Origin: Nitrosospira multiformis ATCC 25196
GTDB taxonomy: Bacteria; Pseudomonadota; Gammaproteobacteria; Burkholderiales; Nitrosomonadaceae
Length of the DNA: 32,000 nucleotides
Direction of reading: 5' to 3'
NCBI RefSeq assembly: GCF_000196355.1
Contig: NC_007614.1
Coordinates: 870,001-902,000 of the forward strand
Of this stretch, positions 1 through 8,894 are shown piece after piece. The notes under the pieces were generated by a model that was not told where the DNA came from, ran no database searches, and was given only the letters and a program-made list of their open reading frames with translations. Made by a program: the position numbers and the translations under genes. Each line of letters begins with the position of its first letter. Positions within the stretch are counted from its first letter, which is position 1.

Positions 1-663
1 CACTTTGAGCTTGTAAGTCTTGGCCATATTCATGGCCTGCTCCGCAAGATAGGTCGGAGTGCAGATGTTAGGTGCAAGATTGCCCAGATCCTTGGCCAGA
101 CTCATGCCATCGCCCACAGCCAGTCCTTGTTGCAGAGCCTCCTCACTGGCGGTCTGTTCCTCCTCGGTGAGTGACTTGATAATACCGAGGGTAATTTTTT
201 GCAGCTTCGGCTCGGCTTCCTCGACCTTGCTTTTCAGCCGGTCGAAGCGGTACATGCTCTCCAGCCCGCCGACCGCGATTTGCAGGACTTTCCAGGAGAG
301 ATCGCGGTTTTTTACGGGCGCTTCCAGCAGAAACAGAGTGGCATCGGCAGCGCCAGTGTCAGAGAGTGCCTTGAACACTGCGCGTACTGCATCGCGGTAT
401 CCCTTGTCGCCGAGTTCCTGCTCCTTGCCAAGCCCCACCAGCAATACGCGCTCGCAGGCGCTGTTGGGCACATTATGGAGCATCAGGGTCGCGCCCGCTT
501 TGCCTTTCATATCCCCCCGGCTCAGGATGCCGGTAATATAGCCGTTTGCAGATTTGTCCAGCGCTTCGGCAGCAGGGGTCAATTTTTGTTGTTCGAAAAT
601 ACCTGCAACCACACAGGCACTACGCTGTTTTTCGGGTGTTCCGTTCTTTATATTAAATTTCAC
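1..663 (-). CDS. pepA: Leucyl aminopeptidase (PepA), N-terminal part, truncated by the window edge
   Basis: Minus-strand open frame from a GTG at 663-661 preceded by GAGGAGC. My translation reads MKFNIKNGTPEKQRSACVVAGIFEQQKL...NSACERVLLVGLGKE...LGNLAPNICTPTYLAEQA, which is typical of PepA. It is absent from the supplied ORF track, probably because it uses GTG and is incomplete. Confidence 0.9.
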   Translation of the reverse strand, partial: MKFNIKNGTPEKQRSACVVAGIFEQQKLTPAAEALDKSANGYITGILSRGDMKGKAGATLMLHNVPNSACERVLLVGLGKEQELGDKGYRDAVRAVFKALSDTGAADATLFLLEAPVKNRDLSWKVLQIAVGGLESMYRFDRLKSKVEEAEPKLQKITLGIIKSLTEEEQTASEEALQQGLAVGDGMSLAKDLGNLAPNICTPTYLAEQAMNMAKTYKLKV

Positions 664-720
664 AGCTTGCTCCTCGATTCAAGGCTTGCGGGCCGATTGT
701 TCAAACCGGATAATGCTTCG

Positions 721-750
721 ATTATCGCCGGACTATTCGCATAAAGTCAA
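721..750 (-). promoter_or_regulatory. Candidate sigma70 promoter for pepA: TTGACT-18 bp-GATAAT
   Basis: Reverse complement of 745-750 is TTGACT and of 721-726 is GATAAT, with an 18-nt spacer. It lies about 60 nt upstream of the pepA GTG. Confidence 0.5.
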
Positions 751-854
751 AGCAGATACGGGACCGTTTCCAAAAATCTCATAATGGAATTCCTGTCACT
801 CTGTAATGCGGCTGCACCGTGAGCGGCTGTGTCGGAGTGAGAGGGGAGGAATGG

Positions 855-1358
855 ATGATCAGACAGAAGTCGATACGGCGGGTGAAGCCGCCGGAAGATT
901 ATCAGGCCAGGCTTGCCACACCGTTTGCCGTGCTGGGCCTTCGCACGGATGAAGACTGGCTGACCGATATAGAATACCTGCCGCCGGATACGCCCACTCT
1001 CGTTCCGCAAACTCCTCTCGCCAGGGAAGTATGTGATCAGTTACAGGCCTACCTTGCCGATCCGGGTTTCGTGTTCGACCTGTCACTGCACATCGGCGGG
1101 ACGGTTCATCAGCGCCGTGTGTGGCAAGCCATCCAGGATATTCCGGCCGGTGCAACGCGCAGTTATGCCGCTATCGCGGTGGAGTTGCATTCCGCCCCGC
1201 GCGCAGTGGGGCAGGCGTGCGGAGCCAACCGCCTGCCCATCGTTATTCCCTGTCATCGTGTTATCGCCAAAAGCGGCGGTCTTGGAGGTTTCATGAACGC
1301 CAGCGATGGATTGCCGCTCACCATTAAGCGCTGGCTATTGCAGCATGAGGGTATCTGA
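855..1358 (+). CDS. ogt: Methylated-DNA--[protein]-cysteine S-methyltransferase family protein
   Basis: ORF in track (819..1358). ATG at 855 follows GGAGGA. The translation contains the active-site motif PCHRVIAKSGGLGGF and GQACGANRLPIVIPCHR. Confidence 0.85.
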   Translation: MIRQKSIRRVKPPEDYQARLATPFAVLGLRTDEDWLTDIEYLPPDTPTLVPQTPLAREVCDQLQAYLADPGFVFDLSLHIGGTVHQRRVWQAIQDIPAGATRSYAAIAVELHSAPRAVGQACGANRLPIVIPCHRVIAKSGGLGGFMNASDGLPLTIKRWLLQHEGI

Positions 1359-2256
1359 GCGGAACCCGGAACTGCTCGATGAATTCTGCGATGCGCTGTG
1401 GCTGGAAGATGGGCTCTCGCGCAACACAATGGAGAGCTATCGCAGCGATCTGGAGCAGTTCGGTGACTGGTTCGCCCGACAGAAACCGGATGACAGCAGT
1501 TTTCTGACGGTCACGCATTCCGATCTGCTGGGATTCATGACGGGCAGGTTTTCCGCTGGAATGAAGGCCAGCACCACTAGCCGCGAGCTCTCGAGCCTAA
1601 AGCGGTTTTACCGCTTTCTGTTGCGCCAGGGAAAGATCAATGCAGATCCCACCCTCAATATCGATACACCCAGGCTTCCTCGCAACCTGCCGGTGAGTTT
1701 AACCGAGGCCGACGTGGAAGCCCTGCTTGGCGCACCCGACGTGACCTTTCCGTTGGGATTACGGGATCGCGCCATGCTCGAGGTGCTTTATGCAAGCGGC
1801 CTTCGGGTTTCAGAGCTTGTGAGCCTGGAAAGTGGACAGATCAGCCTGGACATGGGCGTGGTGCGCATCATGGGGAAGGGGGGGAAAGAACGCCTGACAC
1901 CGCTGGGGGAAGAGGCGCTGGAATGGATGGTTCGCTACATCAAGGAAATCCGTCCCGGGCTGCTGGATGGAAAATCGAGTAATGCGCTGTTCGTCACTTA
2001 CCGCGGCGCAGGCATGACCCGTCAGGCTTTCTGGTATCTGATCAAACGCTATGCGCGGCAGGCGGGTATCACGAAGCCATTGTCGCCCCATGGATTGCGT
2101 CATGCCTTTGCGACTCATCTGCTCAATCATGGTGCCGATTTGCGCGTAGTGCAATTGCTGCTCGGCCACGCGGATATTTCAACCACGCAGATATACACTC
2201 ATGTCGCGCGTGAAAGATTGAAAAAAATCCACGAAATGCATCATCCGAGAGGGTGA
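1345..2256 (+). CDS. xerD: Site-specific tyrosine recombinase XerD
   Basis: ORF 1306..2256, with likely start ATG at 1345 (MRVSERNPELLDEFCDALWLEDGLSRNTMESY). C-terminal catalytic motifs LSPHGLRHAFATHLLNHGADLRVVQLLLGHADISTTQIYTHV are present. Confidence 0.95.
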   Translation: MRVSERNPELLDEFCDALWLEDGLSRNTMESYRSDLEQFGDWFARQKPDDSSFLTVTHSDLLGFMTGRFSAGMKASTTSRELSSLKRFYRFLLRQGKINADPTLNIDTPRLPRNLPVSLTEADVEALLGAPDVTFPLGLRDRAMLEVLYASGLRVSELVSLESGQISLDMGVVRIMGKGGKERLTPLGEEALEWMVRYIKEIRPGLLDGKSSNALFVTYRGAGMTRQAFWYLIKRYARQAGITKPLSPHGLRHAFATHLLNHGADLRVVQLLLGHADISTTQIYTHVARERLKKIHEMHHPRG

Positions 2257-2421
2257 GGCAAAATTTTACGGCCTGGAACCGCGACGAAGAAAATTACTTT
2301 CGCCCTCCACAAGAAACAAATCCTATCGGCATAGGCTCAGCCAGGCCAGATTGCCGGCAAATGGGTAATGCCTCAAGATTCAACTGCCTCTGCCGTTGAA
2401 TCTGCTTGTAACTCTAACTCT

Positions 2422-2459
2422 GCCAAGGTCTAAGGAATCAGCCAAGGTCTAAGGAACCA
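2422..2459. repeat. Two tandem copies of a 19-bp unit, GCCAAGGTCTAAGGAAYCA
   Basis: GCCAAGGTCTAAGGAATCA (2422-2440) is immediately followed by GCCAAGGTCTAAGGAACCA (2441-2459), with one mismatch. Confidence 0.9.
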
Positions 2460-2522
2460 CTTAAGAGCGCTATCAGGAGTTCTCAAGCAATAATTCCCTA
2501 ATCCCCCAAAACAGGAGAAGTC

Positions 2523-3200
2523 ATGCGGAAGCAATTATCGGTTATTTCAATAACGACGGTTTTGGCATTGGGTGGCTGCGCCAGTTCACCCGAAACCCAG
2601 AGTACCAGAACAAGAGACACTGCCATAGGCGCCGGCATTGGCGCAGGTACGGGCGCACTGATTGGAGCAATTGCAGGCAAGGGGAAAGGCGCGGCAATCG
2701 GTGCAGCGGCTGGGGCTGGCCTCGGCGCCATCGCCGGAAACGTGTGGTCCCGGAGAATGGAAGAGCAGAAACGCGAAATGGAGCAGGCCACAGCAGGAAC
2801 AGGGGTGGAAGTTGTGAAAACCTCTGATAATCGCCTGCGGCTGGATATCCCCAGCGATATCTCGTTTGATACCGGTCGCGCCGACATCAGGCCGAATTTC
2901 AGGCCTGTCCTGGACAGCTTTGCCACCAGCCTGAACAATAATCCCATTACAGAGGTGACTATTATCGGTCATACGGACAGCTCGGGCAGTGATGCCGTCA
3001 ACAACCCCTTGTCCTTGAACCGGGCAGCCAGCACGCGGGACTATCTGGCGAGCCGCGGGGTTTCTCCAAACCGCGTAAGGATCGAAGGCCGCGGTTCGCG
3101 CGAGCCTATTGTCGCCAATGACACGCCTCAGAACAGGGCAAGGAATCGCCGGGTTGAAATCTATGTCGCTGAACCGAAAGAAGCTTCCCAGCAATACTAG
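2523..3200 (+). CDS. OmpA-family lipoprotein with glycine-zipper segment (YiaD-like)
   Basis: Lipobox LALGGC, then Gly/Ala repeats (AIGAGIGAGTGALIGAIAGKGKGAAIGAAAG), then the OmpA C-terminal signature EVTIIGHTDSSG...NRAASTRDYLASRGVSPNRVRIEGRGSREPIVAND...NRRVEIYV. AGGAG precedes the ATG. Confidence 0.9.
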   Translation: MRKQLSVISITTVLALGGCASSPETQSTRTRDTAIGAGIGAGTGALIGAIAGKGKGAAIGAAAGAGLGAIAGNVWSRRMEEQKREMEQATAGTGVEVVKTSDNRLRLDIPSDISFDTGRADIRPNFRPVLDSFATSLNNNPITEVTIIGHTDSSGSDAVNNPLSLNRAASTRDYLASRGVSPNRVRIEGRGSREPIVANDTPQNRARNRRVEIYVAEPKEASQQY

Positions 3201-3362
3201 GGGAGGCGATAAACCTTTTACAGGTACGCGTCCTCTCGAGGGGGATGTGTACCGCCTGGGGAGTTTATGCCTGAAACCAAGTGTGTTTCCCCCGCATGGG
3301 TAGAACAGTTGTAGCAAGTATGTAATTGCGTCTTGCCAGCCGGCAGCAGTACCTCATGCTCG

Positions 3363-3839
3363 TCATGCATCAGTATCCGGTTCTCTAACCGGAATTCGCC
3401 AGATGAAGACTATCAGGATTACACCCAGTAGAACGAGCATCCCTTGATGCCAGACAGAGGGCACCACCAGGATGGAACTCCCCAGCGACAGCACCAGCAA
3501 CAGATATACCCATCGCTTGACTTTGCGCGGGATGCTGCGATGCTCCATCCATTCGCGGATAATGGGACCGGTGATGCGATTGGTCAGGAGCTTGTCGTGG
3601 AAGTGCTTGGAACTGCGGGCAAAACAGGCGGCTGCCAGCAGCACAAATGGGGTTGTCGGGAGTACTGGCAGCACGATCCCCACTACGCCGAGTATCAGGG
3701 CGACAAATCCTGCGGCGAGATAGAGGGACCGCACAAAACGCGAGTCATGCAGGCGGGCGGATGATCCTTCCGGCTCCCGGGAACATGTCTCTTTGCTGGT
3801 AAATATCTCTTCGACCTTTTCATTTAAGCGATCCTGCAT
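3363..3839 (-). CDS. DUF454 / YbaN-family inner membrane protein
   Basis: 158 aa with YLAAGFVALILGVVGIVLPVLPTTPFVLLAAACFARSSKHFHDKLL, matching the YbaN/DUF454 N-terminal pattern. Confidence 0.85.
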   Translation of the reverse strand: MQDRLNEKVEEIFTSKETCSREPEGSSARLHDSRFVRSLYLAAGFVALILGVVGIVLPVLPTTPFVLLAAACFARSSKHFHDKLLTNRITGPIIREWMEHRSIPRKVKRWVYLLLVLSLGSSILVVPSVWHQGMLVLLGVILIVFIWRIPVREPDTDA

Positions 3840-4003
3840 GAACTCTCCTTCATACGCTTCACGCTTCGACTAAATGAGTACATGCGCAATGAGCAAGGAA
3901 TCCCTGAACGAAGCCTTCATGATGCTACAGCCGCCCCGTGGGTTGACGGTATAATAAGAGGCAATAAGTATGAAAGGTTTTCATTTCAATTTTCGAGGTC
4001 CTC

Positions 4004-4465
4004 ATGTCCAGGATAAATACACTGATCAGTTTGGGAATATTCATGCTGGGCGCTTTGCTGTTGCCCCAACCCGCCATTTCGGAAACGGGACAGACCCTGT
4101 CTGCCGTGACCCAGCCCATCAAGCAGGATACCAAAATAGGAAGCGGTGAAGAAGCGGCGGTTGGCAAGATGGTTGAAGTGCACTATACCGGCTGGCTTTA
4201 CGATGCGAGCGCTCCCGACAAAAAGGGCGGGAAGTTCGACAGCTCGCGTGACCGTGGCATGCCCTTCTCGTTCCTTGTCGGCGCGGGACGAGTGATCAAA
4301 GGTTGGGACCGGGGCGTGATCGGGATGAAGGTGGGAGGCCAGCGCACATTGATCATTCCGCCCCAACTGGCCTACGGGTCGGAAGGGCGGGGAACTATCC
4401 CGCCAAACGCTACCCTGATTTTCGAGGTAGAGCTTTTGGGAGTGCGCCAGGGTTCGACACACTGA
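4004..4465 (+). CDS. FKBP-type peptidyl-prolyl cis-trans isomerase with signal peptide
   Basis: 153 aa with hydrophobic N-terminal signal, then VEVHYTGWLYD...KFDSSRDRGMPFSFLVGAGRVIKGWDRGVIGMKVGGQRTLIIPPQLAYGSEGRGTIPPNATLIFEVELL. Confidence 0.95.
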   Translation: MSRINTLISLGIFMLGALLLPQPAISETGQTLSAVTQPIKQDTKIGSGEEAAVGKMVEVHYTGWLYDASAPDKKGGKFDSSRDRGMPFSFLVGAGRVIKGWDRGVIGMKVGGQRTLIIPPQLAYGSEGRGTIPPNATLIFEVELLGVRQGSTH

Positions 4466-4592
4466 TTGATATCACCCGATTTTCGCGCCGCCGCTACCTC
4501 GCCGAGAAAAGCGGGATTTTACCCAGATCAACTCATTGGTTTCCCCCTGTGCGGATAATACCTGTACCGGATTAAAAACGCTGAAATCCACG

Positions 4593-4621
4593 TTGACTTA
4601 TCCGCGTAAAACATTCACAAT
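4593..4621 (+). promoter_or_regulatory. Candidate promoter for the tRNA-Tyr/Gly/Thr-tuf cluster: TTGACT-17 bp-CACAAT
   Basis: TTGACT at 4593-4598 and CACAAT at 4616-4621, 14 nt before the tRNA-Tyr 5' end. Confidence 0.5.
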
Positions 4622-4635
4622 TAACGGTTTCGTTT

Positions 4636-4720
<85 letters not shown>

Positions 4721-4897
4721 GATCAGCAGCTGATAATGCGGGCGTTGTAGATTTCTGCGTCTTGAACGCTTTGCGTGGCGAGTTTGGTTCTGGTGAATGG
4801 GAGCGCAGGTAGTGCGTTGGTTGTGCGGTTCGATGATTTTTTCTTCGAAGAGCTGTTGAATGCTTCGCTGGATTTACTGGTCCTGATCGTGCCCGAT

Positions 4898-4971
4898 GCG
4901 GGTGTAGCTCAATGGTAGAGCAGAAGCCTTCCAAGCTTACGACGAGGGTTCGATTCCCTTCACCCGCTCCA
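4898..4971 (+). tRNA. tRNA-Gly (TCC)
   Basis: Acceptor GCGGGTG/CACCCGC, anticodon loop CTTCCAA, T-arm GGGTTCGATTCCC, 3' TCCA. Confidence 0.97.
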
Positions 4972-5059
4972 GATTCGAAGCGGAGAAATGAGCGTTAACT
5001 AAAAACATTAAAAAATTGGCAAAATTGTTGCGGGGTATTGTTTAGGCAAGGACGTGCTT

Positions 5060-5134
5060 GCCCATGTAGCTCAGTGGCAGAGCACTCCCTTGGTAAGGGA
5101 GAGGTCGCCAGTTCAATCCTGGCCATGGGCTCCA
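5060..5134 (+). tRNA. tRNA-Thr (GGT)
   Basis: Acceptor GCCCATG/CATGGGC, anticodon GGT in CTTGGTAAG, T-arm CAGTTCAATCCTG, 3' TCCA. Confidence 0.97.
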
Positions 5135-5169
5135 TAGGCGTCAATTACAGAACTCAAAAAAATGCTTTA

Positions 5170-6372
5170 AAAGGGACATCATGGCAAAGAGCAAATTTGA
5201 GCGGACGAAGCCGCACATCAACGTAGGGACGATAGGTCACGTGGACCATGGGAAGACCACGTTGACGGCGGCGATCACGATGGTATTGGCGAAGAAGTTT
5301 GGTGGGGAAGCGAAGAGTTACGCACAGATAGACTCGGCGCCTGAAGAGAAGGCGCGGGGCATCACGATCAATACCTCGCACGTGGAGTACGAGACGGAGA
5401 AGCGGCATTACGCGCACGTTGACTGTCCTGGTCACGCGGACTATGTGAAGAACATGATCACGGGTGCGGCGCAGATGGACGGTGCGATTCTGGTGGTTTC
5501 GGCGGCGGATGGACCGATGCCGCAGACGCGGGAGCACATTCTTCTGGCGCGGCAGGTAGGGGTTCCCTACATTATTGTCTACATGAACAAGGCGGACATG
5601 GTGGACGATGCGGAACTTCTGGAGCTGGTGGAAATGGAAGTGCGGGAGCTGTTGTCCAAATACAACTTTCCGGGAGATGACACCCCGATAGTGATCGGTT
5701 CTGCACTGAAGGCGCTGGAAGGCGATCAGAGCGACATAGGGGAGCCCTCCATCTACAAGCTTGCGGCGGCGCTGGACAGCTACATTCCGGAGCCCCAGCG
5801 GGCGGTGGACGGGGCATTTCTGATGCCGGTCGAAGACGTTTTTTCCATATCGGGTCGTGGCACGGTGGTGACGGGTCGGGTTGAGCGTGGCGTGATCAAG
5901 GTGGGGGAAGACATCGAGATCGTGGGATTGAAGCCCACCACCAAGACGGTGTGCACGGGTGTGGAGATGTTTCGCAAGCTTCTGGACCAGGGGCAGGCGG
6001 GAGACAACGTGGGCGTATTGCTGCGGGGCACCAAGCGCGAGGAAGTGGAGCGTGGCCAGGTGCTGGCCAAGCCCGGGACCATCACTCCTCATACCAAGTT
6101 CACAGCCGAGATTTACGTTCTGAGCAAGGAAGAGGGCGGGCGTCATACTCCCTTTTTCCAGGGGTACCGGCCGCAGTTTTACTTCCGCACGACGGATGTG
6201 ACGGGTGCAATCGAGTTGCCTGCGGGCACGGAGATGGTGATGCCCGGGGACAATGTGTCGGTGACGGTAAACCTGATTGCGCCGATTGCGATGGAAGAAG
6301 GTCTGCGTTTTGCGATTCGTGAAGGCGGCAGGACCGTGGGCGCAGGCGTCGTGGCAAAAATTATCGAATAGC
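5170..6372 (+). repeat. Long direct repeat, copy 1 of 2 (tuf gene plus SD region); partner 23910..25112
   Basis: Sequence from AAAGGGACATCATGGCA to ATCGAATAGC matches 23910..25112. EF-Tu translations and several out-of-frame and antisense ORFs are identical. Flanks diverge immediately on both sides. Confidence 0.93.
5181..6371 (+). CDS. tuf: Translation elongation factor Tu (copy 1)
   Basis: 396 aa with [31 protein letters not shown] and the full EF-Tu C-terminus. Confidence 0.99.
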   Translation: MAKSKFERTKPHINVGTIGHVDHGKTTLTAAITMVLAKKFGGEAKSYAQIDSAPEEKARGITINTSHVEYETEKRHYAHVDCPGHADYVKNMITGAAQMDGAILVVSAADGPMPQTREHILLARQVGVPYIIVYMNKADMVDDAELLELVEMEVRELLSKYNFPGDDTPIVIGSALKALEGDQSDIGEPSIYKLAAALDSYIPEPQRAVDGAFLMPVEDVFSISGRGTVVTGRVERGVIKVGEDIEIVGLKPTTKTVCTGVEMFRKLLDQGQAGDNVGVLLRGTKREEVERGQVLAKPGTITPHTKFTAEIYVLSKEEGGRHTPFFQGYRPQFYFRTTDVTGAIELPAGTEMVMPGDNVSVTVNLIAPIAMEEGLRFAIREGGRTVGAGVVAKIIE

Positions 6373-6462
6373 GTCTTGCCCGGGGTCGACTCCAGCGTTG
6401 AAGAGCCTTGCATTCGTATGTGTTTAGGTGAGTTCTTCATTTTTTACCTTTGTTCAAAGTAC

Positions 6463-6538
6463 AGGCCAGTAGCTCAATTGGCAGAGCGTCGGTCTCCAAA
6501 ACCGAAGGTTGGGGGTTCGATGCCCTCCTGGCCTGCCA
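6463..6538 (+). tRNA. tRNA-Trp (CCA)
   Basis: Acceptor AGGCCAG/CTGGCCT, anticodon CCA in GTCTCCAAAAC, T-arm GGGGGTTCGATGCCCTC, 3' GCCA. Confidence 0.97.
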
Positions 6539-6703
6539 TCAGGGAATGTCATTTCAAAATCGTCAATAACTGCATGTTTCCAGGGGAAGCAGGGCCTCGT
6601 AATACGTTGTTATTTCGGGTCGTGCAGTGAGGTTGCGCATGAATTTTGCTCGCGCCCCGCTTCGTCTGCTGGCAGGCATTAAAAGGCAGAGTGGGATAGG
6701 TTA

Positions 6704-7048
6704 GTGGATAAGATCAAGTTGGGATTCGCGCTTCTGCTGCTGATTGCGGGTATTGCCGGATTCTATTACCTGCGCGAGAGCGCAATGGTAATTCGCGTCA
6801 TTTCAGTTCTCGGAGGCCTCGTTCTTGCGACCGTGGTGGTGTCGTTCACCGCTCAGGGCAAGCAGTTTTACGCGTTCAGCAGGGAGTCGTGGGAAGAGAC
6901 CAAGAAGGTGGTATGGCCGAACCGGAAGGAGACGGTGCAGACGACGGGTATCGTTTTTGCCTTCGTTCTGGTAATGGCCATGTTCCTGTGGATGATAGAC
7001 GCGGGCCTGCTGCTGGCGGTGAAATATCTCATGGGGCAGGAAGGGTAA
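6704..7048 (+). CDS. secE: Preprotein translocase subunit SecE
   Basis: 114 aa with GTG start. [44 protein letters not shown] is the conserved SecE domain. It is followed directly by nusG. Confidence 0.96.
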   Translation: MDKIKLGFALLLLIAGIAGFYYLRESAMVIRVISVLGGLVLATVVVSFTAQGKQFYAFSRESWEETKKVVWPNRKETVQTTGIVFAFVLVMAMFLWMIDAGLLLAVKYLMGQEG

Positions 7049-7581
7049 TGGAAAAGAAGTGGTATGTGGTTCATGCCTACTCCGGTTTCGAGAAGAGCGT
7101 GCAGCGCGCGCTGAAGGAGCGAATCAGTCGCGCTGGAATGCTGGATAAGTTCGGACAGATACTCGTTCCTGTGGAAGAAGTCATTGAGATGAAAGCAGGA
7201 CAGAAAAATCTCAGCGAACGGAAGTTTTTCCCGGGCTACGTGCTGGTCGAGATGGAGATGACCGACGAAACATGGCACCTGGTCAAAAACACGCCGAAGG
7301 TGACGGGCTTCATTGGCGGTACGGCCATGAATCCTACGCCTATCAGCGAGAAGGAAGTGCAGAACATTCTCCATCAAATTCAGGAAGGGGTGGAAAAACC
7401 CAAGCCCAAGATTCTTTTCGAAACGGGCGAGGCGGTGCGTGTCAAGGAAGGACCATTTACGGATTTTCACGGCAACGTGGAAGACGTCAATTACGACAAA
7501 AGCAAGCTGCGGGTTTCAGTGTCCATTTTTGGACGTCCCACACCTGTAGAGCTGGATTTCAGTCAGGTCGAGAAAGCTTAG
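7048..7581 (+). CDS. nusG: Transcription termination/antitermination protein NusG
   Basis: The in-frame ATG at 7048 overlaps the secE stop (TAATG). [26 protein letters not shown]...[11 protein letters not shown]...KVTGFIGG...[19 protein letters not shown]. Confidence 0.98.
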   Translation: MEKKWYVVHAYSGFEKSVQRALKERISRAGMLDKFGQILVPVEEVIEMKAGQKNLSERKFFPGYVLVEMEMTDETWHLVKNTPKVTGFIGGTAMNPTPISEKEVQNILHQIQEGVEKPKPKILFETGEAVRVKEGPFTDFHGNVEDVNYDKSKLRVSVSIFGRPTPVELDFSQVEKA

Positions 7582-7590
7582 TGTAAAGGT

Positions 7591-7607
7591 TTCCGGAAGT
7601 GCCGGAA
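7591..7607 (+). promoter_or_regulatory. Inverted repeat TTCCGG-AAGTG-CCGGAA in the nusG-rplK leader
   Basis: Perfect 6-bp arms and 5-nt loop, 10 nt after the nusG stop and upstream of rplK. Confidence 0.4.
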
Positions 7608-7679
7608 GGCCGGTCGCATATCGCATATTGTTAACCGGGGAGGGCCTCGAGGGCTCGTTTGAACCCGATAGGAGAGCAG

Positions 7680-8111
7680 ATGGCAAAGAAAATAGTCGGC
7701 TATATCAAATTGCAGGTGCCGGCGGGGAAGGCAAACCCCAGCCCGCCAATAGGCCCTGCCCTGGGGCAGCGAGGACTCAATATCATGGAGTTCTGCAAGG
7801 CATTCAATGCGGCAACGCAGAAAATGGAAGTCGGCCTGCCGGTTCCGGTCGTCATAACCGCTTATGCCGACAAGAGCTTCACCTTTACCATGAAGACCAC
7901 GCCCGCCACCGTGCTGATAAAGAAGGCAGCGGGAGTGGGCAAGGGAAGCGCGAAACCCCATACGGATAAGATAGGACGATTGACACGGAAGCAGATGGAA
8001 GAAATCGCACAGATAAAAATGCCGGATCTGACTGCCGCGGACATGGACGCGGCAGTCCGTACCATTGCGGGTAGTGCTCGCAGCATGGGTATAGAAGTGG
8101 AGGGCGCATAA
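7680..8111 (+). CDS. rplK: 50S ribosomal protein L11
   Basis: ORF 7659..8111, with start ATG at 7680 after [50 protein letters not shown]. Confidence 0.98.
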   Translation: MAKKIVGYIKLQVPAGKANPSPPIGPALGQRGLNIMEFCKAFNAATQKMEVGLPVPVVITAYADKSFTFTMKTTPATVLIKKAAGVGKGSAKPHTDKIGRLTRKQMEEIAQIKMPDLTAADMDAAVRTIAGSARSMGIEVEGA

Positions 8112-8112
8112 C

Positions 8113-8805
8113 ATGGCGCGCCTTTCCAAACGCCTCAAGGCGATCTCGGAAAAAGTGGATCGCACGAAATATTACCCGTTGCAGGATGCGCTCAATCTGG
8201 TCAGGGAAACAGCGATCGCGAAATTCGACGAATCCATCGATGTGGCGGTCAATCTTGGGATAGACGCAAAAAAATCTGACCAGGCAGTGCGTGGGTCCGT
8301 GGTGTTGCCTGCGGGTACGGGAAAGACCGTGCGGGTGGCCGTATTTGCGCAGGGTGACAAGGCCCGGGAAGCGGCGGCAGCGGGGGCCGATATTGTTGGC
8401 TTTGAAGATCTCGCCGAGCAGATCAAGGCGGGCAATATCGAATTCGATGTGGCTATCGCCAGTCCCGATGCAATGCGTGTTGTAGGACAACTGGGACAGA
8501 TACTCGGTCCGCGTGGCTTGATGCCCAATCCCAAGGTGGGAACGGTAACGCCGGATGTGGCCGGTGCGGTAAAAAACGCGAAAGCCGGTCAAGTGCAGTA
8601 TCGTGCCGATAAAGGAGGCATCGTCCAATGCACCATCGGACGCGCCTCGTTCACGGTGGATGCCCTGACCCAAAACATGATGGCGCTGATCGATGCGCTC
8701 AATAAATCCAAGCCTGCCGCATCCAAGGGCATCTATCTAAGGAAGATATCAGTCTCGAGCACAATGGGAATAGGTGTGCGCGTGGATCAGACAAGCATGC
8801 GATAG
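8113..8805 (+). CDS. rplA: 50S ribosomal protein L1
   Basis: 230 aa, [30 protein letters not shown]...[53 protein letters not shown]. Confidence 0.99.
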   Translation: MARLSKRLKAISEKVDRTKYYPLQDALNLVRETAIAKFDESIDVAVNLGIDAKKSDQAVRGSVVLPAGTGKTVRVAVFAQGDKAREAAAAGADIVGFEDLAEQIKAGNIEFDVAIASPDAMRVVGQLGQILGPRGLMPNPKVGTVTPDVAGAVKNAKAGQVQYRADKGGIVQCTIGRASFTVDALTQNMMALIDALNKSKPAASKGIYLRKISVSSTMGIGVRVDQTSMR

Positions 8806-8894
8806 GTGCGTGTACTGGATTCCCGTTTTAAGTATTGTAAGACTTTGGGCCGTCGGGAGGGCGCAGGGCGCTTTTCCGGCGGGTTATCAAAGAC

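Noticed and set aside
59-744. Plus-strand ORFs of 160 and 181 aa at the window start
   Set aside because: Low-complexity Ser/Arg-rich translations with no family signature. They are antisense to a clear pepA frame that the ORF track missed.
1345-2256. Tyrosine recombinase as evidence of an integron or integrative element
   Set aside because: The sequence and genomic setting fit the housekeeping XerD dimer-resolution recombinase. No att site, cassette array or cargo genes are adjacent.
3943-3955. TTGACG next to TATAAT upstream of the FKBP gene
   Set aside because: The two hexamers are separated by a single base (3943-3948 and 3950-3955), so they cannot form one promoter. No convincing -35 box exists 17 nt upstream of the TATAAT.
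5154-6440. 428-aa minus-strand ORF antisense to tuf copy 1, and its 425-aa counterpart at 23846..25123
   Set aside because: Exactly antisense to EF-Tu. His/Arg-rich composition is typical of complemented G-ending codons, and the duplication only mirrors the tuf repeat. There is no independent family signature.
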